Shown piece after piece: positions 36,675 to 44,345 of a stretch of 64,000 nt of DNA; position 1 is the first letter of the stretch, and each line of letters starts with the position of its first letter. The translations under genes were made by a program, and so were the position numbers. Source of the DNA: Nanobdellota archaeon (GTDB lineage: Archaea; Nanobdellota; Nanobdellia; Pacearchaeales; GW2011-AR1); the NCBI GenBank assembly GCA_013329055.1, contig DUKY01000011.1, positions 16,096-80,095 of the forward strand. Direction: 5' to 3'. The notes below the pieces were generated by a model that did no database searches, was not told the DNA's origin, and saw only the letters and a program-made list of their open reading frames with translations.

Positions 36675-37491
36675 TTTTTTCTCCCCTAAATTTACAAATC
36701 ATTTTTGCTTCTTTTAAAATTATTTTCAATGTCTCTTTTGAAAGTTTTGTTTTTATTTTTAATTCTTCAATATCATATAATGCTAAATCTTTAGCAAGTA
36801 CAATATCTGCTTCGTGCAATTTTTGTTTTGAACTTTCATCTATTGATCTTATTATTGTTATTGGATATAAAGCTTTCTCTTCGATTAATGCTTTTAAATT
36901 TTCTTTTTTGGGATATTGCCAGCTAGTAATTTTCATATTTATACCATTTGCATAACTGATTAAATCAGTTGTACATTTTGTATTTGTTGCTAACCAAGGA
37001 TAATCAAATTGATTTTTTAAATCCAGAAATCTTGCATATGTGTGCATTGCAACATTTACTTTTGTGTGTATTCCTAATTTATTATGATATTTGCATTCAA
37101 TCATATATCTTAATTTATTTTCTGCGACAATATCTACCTCTTGCGTGATGTTTTTCCCTTGCAGGATTTGTCCGACTTTTACTTGATATCCGTGATTTTC
37201 TAATATTTTTGAAAAATAAACTTCAAACGGAAATCCACTGGGTCCAAGATTCATTATTGCCCGTTTAAGATCATATCTTGCTGCAATGTCCGGATTTTTT
37301 TCCTGCAATAAGTCAATTATTTTATTTAAAATAGCCTTTGATTGAACTTTATTTTTATCTTTATATTCATCCAAAATTTTTTTTAAAACATCTTTAGCTA
37401 ACTTTTCAGAAGCTCCTGCCTGCATTATAGTATTTTGAATTTTTAATGGTTCAAACTCCTCTTTTTTTCCGGAAGCTTTTATTATTTGCAT
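36667..37491 (-). CDS. ATP-cone domain protein fused to a restriction-endonuclease-like (Mrr_cat-type) domain
   Basis: N-terminal MQIIKASGKKEEFEPLKIQNTI (ATP-cone). Central VDIVAEN...YMIECKYH (D...ExK). Confidence 0.6.
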   Translation of the reverse strand: MQIIKASGKKEEFEPLKIQNTIMQAGASEKLAKDVLKKILDEYKDKNKVQSKAILNKIIDLLQEKNPDIAARYDLKRAIMNLGPSGFPFEVYFSKILENHGYQVKVGQILQGKNITQEVDIVAENKLRYMIECKYHNKLGIHTKVNVAMHTYARFLDLKNQFDYPWLATNTKCTTDLISYANGINMKITSWQYPKKENLKALIEEKALYPITIIRSIDESSKQKLHEADIVLAKDLALYDIEELKIKTKLSKETLKIILKEAKMICKFRGEKNE

Positions 37492-37546
37492 TTTATTTTT
37501 ATAATGAATTATTATTTAAATATATATCTTAAGTTTTTTTAAAAAC

Positions 37547-37771
37547 TTATTTTGCAGATTTTATAAACCAATAAATTCCGGAGATAATTAATGCAATTAA
37601 TAATATGGAGATAATCCAACTAAGTATCATTGCTCCTGAACCATAGCTTCCATTAAAACCGTACATTACTCCTGGGCAAGTGTTAACATTATTTTCTAAT
37701 GCTGAAATATTTGCAATCAAATTCATTAATATTAATAATCCAAGTGCAATGATGAAATTAATTTTTTTCAT
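37547..37771 (-). CDS. small secreted/membrane protein (trimmed from track ORF 37547-37879)
   Basis: Internal start MKKINFIIALGLLIL... gives 74 aa with a signal-like N-terminus and a C-terminal TM helix. The longer track ORF overlaps the upstream gene. Confidence 0.4.
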   Translation of the reverse strand: MKKINFIIALGLLILMNLIANISALENNVNTCPGVMYGFNGSYGSGAMILSWIISILLIALIISGIYWFIKSAK

Positions 37772-37772
37772 T

Positions 37773-39185
37773 TTATCCCCCACAACTTCCGCTACTTCCT
37801 CCACCACAACCACAACCCCCTGAAGAAGCGGTTTTTGTATTCGCTGTTTTAATTTCTTCTTTTGTCGCAGTACCGTCATCTGTGACTATAAATGTTCCAG
37901 GAATCATTCCCATCCAACAACTCCAAGGGATAACTCCAACTTCAGTTGGAGTAAATTCAATTGTCTGTTTTCCTTTTTGAATTGGGAAATTTAAATTTAA
38001 TTTTGGAACCTGAATTGCATTATTACAATTAGTTATTTCCTGTCCGTCAATAACCCATCTGACAGGAATTCCTTTTTGCAAGACAAATGTATCCGGAGTC
38101 CAACCACTTCCATCAACAGTCATTTCAATTACTTGATATCCTTCTGAATCTATAACAATATTATTAGTTGCACCTGGATTATTAGTTGCTAATAAACTTT
38201 TTACATCATATCCTGAACCAATTAATGAAAACCCTCGGTTTAACATTATTAATCCTAAAATTAAAACAATAATTGCTGAAATTTTTAATATCTTTTTTGT
38301 TGTATTTTTACTTATTACATTCGTTATTCCTCCAAAACCTAACATTACTGGCATTGTTCCAAGTCCAAATGCCATTAAACTTAATCCTCCCTGAATCATA
38401 CTCCCTGTTCCTGCTGCATAAATATACAATGCCTGTAATGGACCGCAAGCAATAAATAGACCATTAAGTAATCCTGTTGTCATTGGTGCAATATAATGAC
38501 CTGAATATTTTTTTGTTGCAATTTTTGTTAAAAATTTTGGATTAAATTGAAATTTTTTAAAAAAAGATATACCAAACATTGATAAAGAATATGCTATCAT
38601 AAATATTCCGGCAAAGATTGCAATTGTTCCTCGTAATTGGGGTGTAAAAAAGAATATACTACCGATTAAACCAAAGAAAGCACCAATAATTGTATAAGAA
38701 ATTGTTTTACTTGTTCCATAAATTAAATGTTGTAAAAAAGATTTATGTCCATTTATTGCATTTTTTGCAGTATATGAAACCATGAATCCTCCGCACATTG
38801 CAATACAATGAAAACCTGTTAAAAGACCTGCGAAAAAGAGTAATAATAATGAAACATTTTCTAATTCATTAAAATTAATCTCTGGTATAGTTAATCCTAA
38901 ATTTTTAAAGAAAATGAATAAAACTGCTAATGTTATTATTGATAATAAACCAATATGCCAGTATATAGTATTTGATTTTTTTACTGTTGTATTTATTTCA
39001 TATCCTAAATCTTTTATAATTTCTTCAATTTTGTTTTCTGAAATTTTATCACTTTCAAAATCAATTTCTGCCTGACCTTTTGCAAAATTAACTGTGATGC
39101 TATTTACTTTATCTTTTAATGCATCTTCAATTTTACTTGCGCAAGAATTGCAATGCATTCCATTAATCTTAAATATTTTTTTCAT
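37773..39185 (-). CDS. HMA-domain / DsbD-TauE-like permease / cupredoxin-like fusion protein
   Basis: N-terminal HMA GMHCNSCASKI, about 6 TM helices with a CIAMCGG motif, a C-terminal beta-rich domain (IPVRWVIDG...CNNAIQVP...WSCWMGM), and a Gly/Cys tail GGCGCGGGSSGSCGG. Confidence 0.65.
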   Translation of the reverse strand: MKKIFKINGMHCNSCASKIEDALKDKVNSITVNFAKGQAEIDFESDKISENKIEEIIKDLGYEINTTVKKSNTIYWHIGLLSIITLAVLFIFFKNLGLTIPEINFNELENVSLLLLFFAGLLTGFHCIAMCGGFMVSYTAKNAINGHKSFLQHLIYGTSKTISYTIIGAFFGLIGSIFFFTPQLRGTIAIFAGIFMIAYSLSMFGISFFKKFQFNPKFLTKIATKKYSGHYIAPMTTGLLNGLFIACGPLQALYIYAAGTGSMIQGGLSLMAFGLGTMPVMLGFGGITNVISKNTTKKILKISAIIVLILGLIMLNRGFSLIGSGYDVKSLLATNNPGATNNIVIDSEGYQVIEMTVDGSGWTPDTFVLQKGIPVRWVIDGQEITNCNNAIQVPKLNLNFPIQKGKQTIEFTPTEVGVIPWSCWMGMIPGTFIVTDDGTATKEEIKTANTKTASSGGCGCGGGSSGSCGG

Positions 39186-39215
39186 ACTTAAATCAGATAA
39201 ATCTTCTTTATATGA

Positions 39216-39233
39216 GCTTTGGAGAAACTAGTT
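39216..39233 (-). promoter_or_regulatory. 18-nt motif abutting a TATA-like box upstream of the HMA-permease gene
   Basis: GCTTTGGAGAAACTAGTT. In gene sense it reads AACTAGTTTCTCCAAAGC, followed by TCATATAAAG. 17 of 18 positions match the copA upstream motif. Confidence 0.4.
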
Positions 39234-39598
39234 TCATGAAAGACACCCGCTGGTTTCTTTCAAACTTCCTCAAATTGCGGAGCGGTGGTATCTTTATGAG
39301 CCTTTGTGGATACCACATAGAATGTGAACCCGTTGGTTCTTTTTGAATCTCCTCGAATACTTGAACGGTGGCATTTATTTGAGCCTTCGTGAATGCCATG
39401 TAGAATGTAACACCCGCTGGTTCCCTTCAACCCTCCTCGAAATCTGGAAGGGTGGCATCTCTAAACTCAAGCCCACACTCGTGTCAAGGGCTATCATGAA
39501 AACTCGTGTAAACTTTCGGAGCCTCCTGTGGATGCCACGTAGAATGTGACACCCGCTGGTTTCCTCGGAAAATTTGTAAAATTAAATTTTCTGGAATT

Positions 39599-39667
39599 CA
39601 GAGATTAAAAATCTCTGAAACTTCAGGAAACCTGAAGTCTTCAAAAGGCGATACTTTTGAAGTTTTT
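39599..39667 (+). other. three consecutive perfect hairpins followed by T5
   Basis: CAGAGAT-TAAAA-ATCTCTG (39599-39617), CTTCAGG-AAA-CCTGAAG (39621-39637) and CTTCAAAAG-GCGATA-CTTTTGAAG (39639-39662), then TTTTT. Confidence 0.5.
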
Positions 39668-39761
39668 AAACTTCCTCAAATTGCGGAGCGGTGGCATTTA
39701 TTTTTTATATAATATAAATGAGTAAATAAAAATTTAAAAATAATTAATACTTGATGAATAG

Positions 39762-40064
39762 ATGGATCCAGAAGTTCAAAAAGTAATTGATTATTTATCG
39801 TCAAAAGAATATATAGAAAAAAGAGATAGGGCAATTTTAGTTTTTAATGAGAGAAATATTGAATGTGATTTAAATGGGCATTTAAATTCGAATATAGAAG
39901 ATAACACTTGTAATTATTGTTATAGAAGATTAGAATATTCTACTTCAAGATATGATTCAGTTACTAATAAACAAAAAAATCTTAGTAATTTTGAAATAGG
40001 ATTACAAAAATTGGAAGATTATTTTAAAGGGATTTCAAAAATATTCAAAGGATTAGATATTTGA
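39762..40064 (+). CDS. small hypothetical protein, paralog 1 (C..H...CxxC)
   Basis: 100 aa. Shared block ECDLNGHLNSNIEDNTCNYCYRRLEYST. Confidence 0.45.
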   Translation: MDPEVQKVIDYLSSKEYIEKRDRAILVFNERNIECDLNGHLNSNIEDNTCNYCYRRLEYSTSRYDSVTNKQKNLSNFEIGLQKLEDYFKGISKIFKGLDI

Positions 40065-40121
40065 TATTTAGAATTTGCATTCTTCAAGAAGATTTAAAAA
40101 TAATTAAACTTTTGTTAAAAG

Positions 40122-40496
40122 ATGGATTTTACAAATTCATTTTTAAATAATTTAGAGAAATATTTCGAATCAAAAGAGTTTAAAAGATATCTTAAAAAAA
40201 GAAGTAGAATAAATACTATATTAAATGCTAGATATACACGATGCGATGAAAAGGGACATTTAAATCCTAATCTCGAAGATAATTCTTGTAGTTATTGTTA
40301 TAGAAGACTAAAATATTCCACCCCAATAGATGATGCAATTACTGAGAGTAGAAAAAATCTCAGTATTTGGGAGCAACCTTGTGATTTACCTATTCGAATG
40401 GAAAATCGTAAACTTGAAATTTCAATACAGGAAATGGATGATAATTTTAAAGGTTTTAAAGAGCTCTCAAAGAAATTAGAAGAATTAGGGATTTAA
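40122..40496 (+). CDS. small hypothetical protein, paralog 2
   Basis: 124 aa. Shared block RCDEKGHLNPNLEDNSCSYCYRRLKYST. Confidence 0.45.
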   Translation: MDFTNSFLNNLEKYFESKEFKRYLKKRSRINTILNARYTRCDEKGHLNPNLEDNSCSYCYRRLKYSTPIDDAITESRKNLSIWEQPCDLPIRMENRKLEISIQEMDDNFKGFKELSKKLEELGI

Positions 40497-40534
40497 TTGA
40501 TAAACTTTATAAGTTTAAAAAAAATAACTTTTTT

Positions 40535-40963
40535 ATGAGTTCATATCTATATCATATTTCTCCAAAAGAATCAAAGGATTCTATTTTAGAAAGAGGAATT
40601 TTGACTCCTAATGAAGTTAATGATTTAATTGATAAAGGAGAGTTATCTTCAAATGTTTTAGGCATATCCTTTGATTCTTATACCATCTCAAATTTTCCTG
40701 AATATGTATCTTTATTAGAAGATTATTCTTTTATAGAATTTGTTGCTGAGCAGATTTGTTTTTCTAGATTTAAAAGATATTACGACCCAAACTTTATGGC
40801 AATTGGATATCTTATAAATGGAGAAATAAAAAAGCATAATGAATTTATTAATGCAATAAAAGTTAAAGAGATGAATTCTGAAGCTTTTCCTTCAGAAGCA
40901 TTATATCATGGAAGAATTCCTCGGAAATTTATTGAGAGATGTTTTGCAACAAGAACTTTTTAA
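40535..40963 (+). CDS. hypothetical protein
   Basis: 142-aa ORF, no motif recognised. Confidence 0.4.
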   Translation: MSSYLYHISPKESKDSILERGILTPNEVNDLIDKGELSSNVLGISFDSYTISNFPEYVSLLEDYSFIEFVAEQICFSRFKRYYDPNFMAIGYLINGEIKKHNEFINAIKVKEMNSEAFPSEALYHGRIPRKFIERCFATRTF

Positions 40964-41454
40964 CTTCTCAATACTACAAGATTATTCATTCCTCTTCTTT
41001 TTCTTTCAATTAATTGTTTTGCTTCAAGTTTGTCTAATAATCTTGTTGCCTTAACTTTTCCAATTTCTAATTTTTCCATTAAATCTGCCTGAAACATTCC
41101 GCCATTTTCTTCCTGCAATAATTTAATTACTTTTTTTTCATCTTGATCTAAATTTTCAAGATTTAATTTTTTCTTTTTTTCTTTTATTGTTTTTGTTTGA
41201 ATTACAATTTTTTCTTTTGGTTTAGTAAACATTATAATTATACCGATTATAATTATTATCGCCACAATACTAAGACTTATCCATGTTTGAATAGAAAGTG
41301 TATCATACATTCCACATGTTGGTCCATGAGTACAAGTTGAATAAATTAAATCTTTTAAGATTGTATTAAAAATTAATACCATTAAACCGATAACTAACCC
41401 AATTCCTACAATTAATCCTCCAACGTTTTTATTTTCCATTATTTTTTCCTCCAC
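40960..41454 (-). CDS. membrane-associated winged-HTH protein (COG2512-like)
   Basis: Two TM helices, then EKKVIKLLQEENGGMFQADLMEKLEIGKVKATRLLDKLEAKQLIERKRRG. Confidence 0.55.
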   Translation of the reverse strand: MEEKIMENKNVGGLIVGIGLVIGLMVLIFNTILKDLIYSTCTHGPTCGMYDTLSIQTWISLSIVAIIIIIGIIIMFTKPKEKIVIQTKTIKEKKKKLNLENLDQDEKKVIKLLQEENGGMFQADLMEKLEIGKVKATRLLDKLEAKQLIERKRRGMNNLVVLRS

Positions 41455-41818
41455 TTTTAGTTTTATAATCTATTATTGCTTTTTTTAATGCTTTAGTTGC
41501 CATACTTGAACAATGCATTTTAATTGGGGGTAAACCTTTTAATGATTCTGCAAGATTTTCATAGGTTATATTATCTGCTTCTTCAAGAGTTTTTCCCATT
41601 GCAAGTTGAGTTACCATTGAAGAAGTTGCAATTGCTGCTGCACATCCAAAGGTTTTAAATTTAATATCTTCAATTTTATTATCTTTAACTTTGATATGAA
41701 CCTGCATTATATCTCCGCAGGTAGGATTACCAACTTTACCCACTCCGTCGGGATTTTTAAGTTCTCCAATATTTTTTGGATTCATAAATTCTTCCATTAC
41801 TTTTTTTGAATATTGCAT
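41429..41818 (-). CDS. iscU: Fe-S cluster assembly scaffold
   Basis: GNPTCGDIM, FGCAAAIATSS and HCSSMA, the three conserved Cys contexts of IscU/NifU. Confidence 0.9.
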   Translation of the reverse strand: MQYSKKVMEEFMNPKNIGELKNPDGVGKVGNPTCGDIMQVHIKVKDNKIEDIKFKTFGCAAAIATSSMVTQLAMGKTLEEADNITYENLAESLKGLPPIKMHCSSMATKALKKAIIDYKTKSGGKNNGK

Positions 41819-42035
41819 TTTTTGTTTGTTGTTTTTTATTTGTATTATTTAATTCGTTAATTCGTTTTAAAATGCAATGCTAGAAATCTTTTGATTTCTT
41901 TGTATTACATTTTTTGTTTGTTATTTTTGTCGTTGTTTGAGTTTATTTAATTCGTTTAAAATGCAATGCTAGAAAATTTTGAATTTTCTTTGTATTGCAT
42001 TTTTTGTTTGTTACTTTTATCGTTGTTTATTTAAT
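41811..42035. repeat. tandem repeat of about 90 bp (x2.5) that includes the iscU start codon region
   Basis: TATTGCATTTTTTGTTTGTT at 41811 and 41993, and TATTACATTTTTTGTTTGTT at 41903. Each unit carries an imperfect long hairpin (AATGCAATGCTAGAAA ... TTTCTTTGTATTGCATT). Confidence 0.8.
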
Positions 42036-42067
42036 ATAAAAAAATAAATTAATTCTTTAAGGTTTAA

Positions 42068-42235
42068 TTAAAAACCTCTACAGCATCCAGGGCAAGAGCT
42101 ACAATCGCTACATCCTGATTCTTCATCATCCATGAAATTGTCTTTATCATCACATTCACATGGATAACACATACATTTTTCACAAATCTTGTTCTTTTCC
42201 TTTTCCTTTTCCTTTTTTTCTTCTTTTTTAGCCAT
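42068..42235 (-). CDS. 55-aa Cys-rich peptide (below the ORF-track cut-off)
   Basis: Hand translation: MAKKEEKKEKEKEKNKICEKCMCYPCECDDKDNFMDDEESGCSDCSSCPGCCRGF (12 Cys). It starts 24 nt after the iscS stop. Confidence 0.4.
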   Translation of the reverse strand: MAKKEEKKEKEKEKNKICEKCMCYPCECDDKDNFMDDEESGCSDCSSCPGCCRGF

Positions 42236-42258
42236 TTTATATTTTATCCTCCTAAAAT

Positions 42259-43404
42259 TTAATTAATTAATGGACTGAGTCTCCTTAATTTAGTTACGAT
42301 TTTCGGTAATTCTTTTAAGAAGTAATCAACTTCTTCTTCAGTAGTATATTTACTTATACTTATTCTTAATGAACTATTTCCTTCTAAGGGTGTAAGTCCT
42401 ATTGCTTTTAAAACATGACTTGTCTTTAAAGTATTTGACATGCACGCTGATCCTGTTGAAGTTGCAATACCTAAATTTTCTAAGTATCCCCCGATTGCTT
42501 CTCCTTCAATATTCATAAATGAAATATTAATATTGTTGCATAATCGATTATTTCGTGGTCCACTTAATTTTGTATTTGAAATTTTTAATATTCCTTCAAT
42601 TAATTTGTCTCTCATTTCAGTCATTTGTTTTATATCTTTAGATTTTACAATTTCTACTGCTTTTGCAAAACCAATTATCCCTGCCGGATTTTCTGTTCCA
42701 CTTCGAATATTTCTTTCCTGACCTCCACCATGAAGTAAAGGTGTTAACATTATCCCATCTTTAATATATAATGCTCCTACTCCTTTAGGTCCATGAATTT
42801 TATGAGAGTTTAATGTCACCAAATCTAAATTTTGCTTCTTAACATTTAAATCAACTTTTGTATAACTCTGGCAGGCATCAGTATGAAATAAAACATTTTT
42901 TTCTTTACAAATTTTACCAATGGTTTCTAAATCTTGAATTGTTCCAATTTCATTATTTCCGTGTATTACTGACACAAGTATTGTCTTATCTGTAATCGAT
43001 TCTTTTAATTGATTCACGTCAATAAAACCTTCTTTATTTACATCCAGATAAGTTATTTTTGCTCCTTGTTTTTCTAACCAGCTACAAGTTTTTAAAATAC
43101 AATCATGTTCTATTTTTGTTGTGATTATATGATTTTTTTTTGGATAATTATTAAAAAATAATCCTTTTAATGCTAAGTTATTACTTTCTGTTCCTCCGGA
43201 AGTAAAAACAATTTCAGAAGTTTTAGCATTAATTGATTTTGCAATTATTTTTCTTGCTTCTTCAATTGCTTGTTTTGCTTCTTGACCTACAAAATGTTGT
43301 GAAGATGGATTCCCAAATTTTTCAGTTAAATAAGGCATCATAGCTTCAACTACTTTTTCATCGGTTTTTGTTGTAGCAGCGTTATCAAAATATACTAATT
43401 TCAT
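42259..43404 (-). CDS. iscS: cysteine desulfurase (IscS/NifS class)
   Basis: PLP-lysine context SHKIHGPKG, active-site Cys loop STGSACMS, N-terminal YFDNAATT. Confidence 0.92.
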   Translation of the reverse strand: MKLVYFDNAATTKTDEKVVEAMMPYLTEKFGNPSSQHFVGQEAKQAIEEARKIIAKSINAKTSEIVFTSGGTESNNLALKGLFFNNYPKKNHIITTKIEHDCILKTCSWLEKQGAKITYLDVNKEGFIDVNQLKESITDKTILVSVIHGNNEIGTIQDLETIGKICKEKNVLFHTDACQSYTKVDLNVKKQNLDLVTLNSHKIHGPKGVGALYIKDGIMLTPLLHGGGQERNIRSGTENPAGIIGFAKAVEIVKSKDIKQMTEMRDKLIEGILKISNTKLSGPRNNRLCNNINISFMNIEGEAIGGYLENLGIATSTGSACMSNTLKTSHVLKAIGLTPLEGNSSLRISISKYTTEEEVDYFLKELPKIVTKLRRLSPLIN

Positions 43405-43556
43405 ATTGTTTCCTCATTATTTTGAAATTTATATGCTTGAGAATTGGTAAAATTCTCATTGTATACTAATTTCATTTTTGTTTCCTCATTATTGAAATTT
43501 GTATGCTTGAGAATCTGTGATTCTCATTGTATACTAATTTCATATTGTTTCCTTTG
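43391..43556. repeat. tandem repeat of 68-71 bp (x2.4) containing the iscS promoter-like region, RBS and start codon
   Basis: TATACTAATTTCAT at 43391, 43462 and 43530. Each unit contains the palindrome GAGAAT-N-ATTCTC and a TATA-like GCATATAAAT (in gene sense). Confidence 0.85.
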
Positions 43557-43974
43557 TCATTAAGCAACTATCTTTGTTTTTGCATTTAATTAATTTATAT
43601 CCTAATTTTTTATAAAATCCTATTGCAGGATAAAGAGCATGAACATAGGTTTCTTTCTTTTTTTTCTTTTTAGCCAGAGATTCCAAGAATTGCATCATTT
43701 TTGTTCCATTCTTTTTTCTTTGAAAATTTGGGTTTACATATATCATTCCAATTTCATTAGTATTTTTAGATAATTTACCAGTACAAATAATTTTATCATT
43801 ATATTTTATAATAAACATTTCAGAAGTTTTAAACAAACGTTGAATTCCAAAAGGAGAATACCTTTTTTTAATAAATTCTTTCATCTTTGGAGTAGCTTTT
43901 GAATTTTTGATTACATCTCTGATAAAAAGAGAACATTTTTCAAAATCGGATTTATTAATTTTTCTTATTGTCAT
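43540..43974 (-). CDS. GNAT-family N-acetyltransferase
   Basis: 144 aa. The acetyl-CoA-binding block VNPNFQRKKNGTKMM and size fit GNAT. Confidence 0.7.
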   Translation of the reverse strand: MTIRKINKSDFEKCSLFIRDVIKNSKATPKMKEFIKKRYSPFGIQRLFKTSEMFIIKYNDKIICTGKLSKNTNEIGMIYVNPNFQRKKNGTKMMQFLESLAKKKKKKETYVHALYPAIGFYKKLGYKLIKCKNKDSCLMTKETI

Positions 43975-44291
43975 TTTTTACCTTTACAATCTTTCATTGT
44001 ACAGCATTTACAATCACAATGCATTTTTGAATGCCGATCTATTAATTTTAGCATCGGCACAATTGTATTTTTATTTAAGGAGTATATTCTTTTTTTTCCA
44101 TCCTGAATTACATTCACAATATTGCATTTTTTTAAAGCAGATAAAGCATGAGAAACTTTACTTTGTTCAACATTTAATTCTTTAACTAATTCTTTAACAC
44201 TTTTTGATGTTTTTTTTAATGAACCAATTATTTCTATTTTTAGAGGATTGGCTAGATTATTAAAAAATATATGATATGAATTGTTTTTCAT
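43971..44291 (-). CDS. ArsR/SmtB-family transcriptional regulator with Cys-rich tail
   Basis: LANPLKIEIIGSL...SVKELVKELNVEQSKVSHALSALKKCNIV, with a C-terminal HCDCKCC. Confidence 0.75.
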   Translation of the reverse strand: MKNNSYHIFFNNLANPLKIEIIGSLKKTSKSVKELVKELNVEQSKVSHALSALKKCNIVNVIQDGKKRIYSLNKNTIVPMLKLIDRHSKMHCDCKCCTMKDCKGKK

Positions 44292-44345
44292 ATGAATTAT
44301 GATTCATATAGCTTTATAAATTTTATTATATTTGAATTTAAAGAT

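Larger units (their letters stand above)
39214..39700. repeat. GC-rich degenerate repeat array (about 85-nt units, 4 units plus a partial unit)
   Basis: Units start at 39214, 39298, 39381 and 39519. Conserved blocks are GAGCCTYYGTGRATRCCACRTAGAATGTRACACCCGCTGGTT and CYTCCTCRAA-N-GGTGGYAT. 24 nt are identical between 39265-39288 and 39671-39694. Confidence 0.75.

Noticed and set aside
37772-37879. N-terminal 36 codons of track ORF 37547-37879
   Set aside because: This part overlaps the 3' end of the HMA-permease gene and translates its Gly/Cys tail in another frame (VVVVVEEVAEVV). The internal Met at 37771 gives a sensible signal peptide.
39208-39549. Track ORFs 39208-39399 (minus strand, 63 aa) and 39343-39549 (plus strand, 68 aa) inside the GC-rich repeat array
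   Set aside because: Successive repeat units fall in different reading frames of these ORFs, so the repeat conservation is at the nucleotide level, not the protein level. There are no motifs. They are most likely spurious.
39214-39700. CRISPR array hypothesis for the 39.2-39.7 kb repeats
   Set aside because: Units are about 85 nt, degenerate and mostly contiguous. There are no regular 25-40-nt repeats alternating with unique spacers of similar length, and no cas genes in the window.
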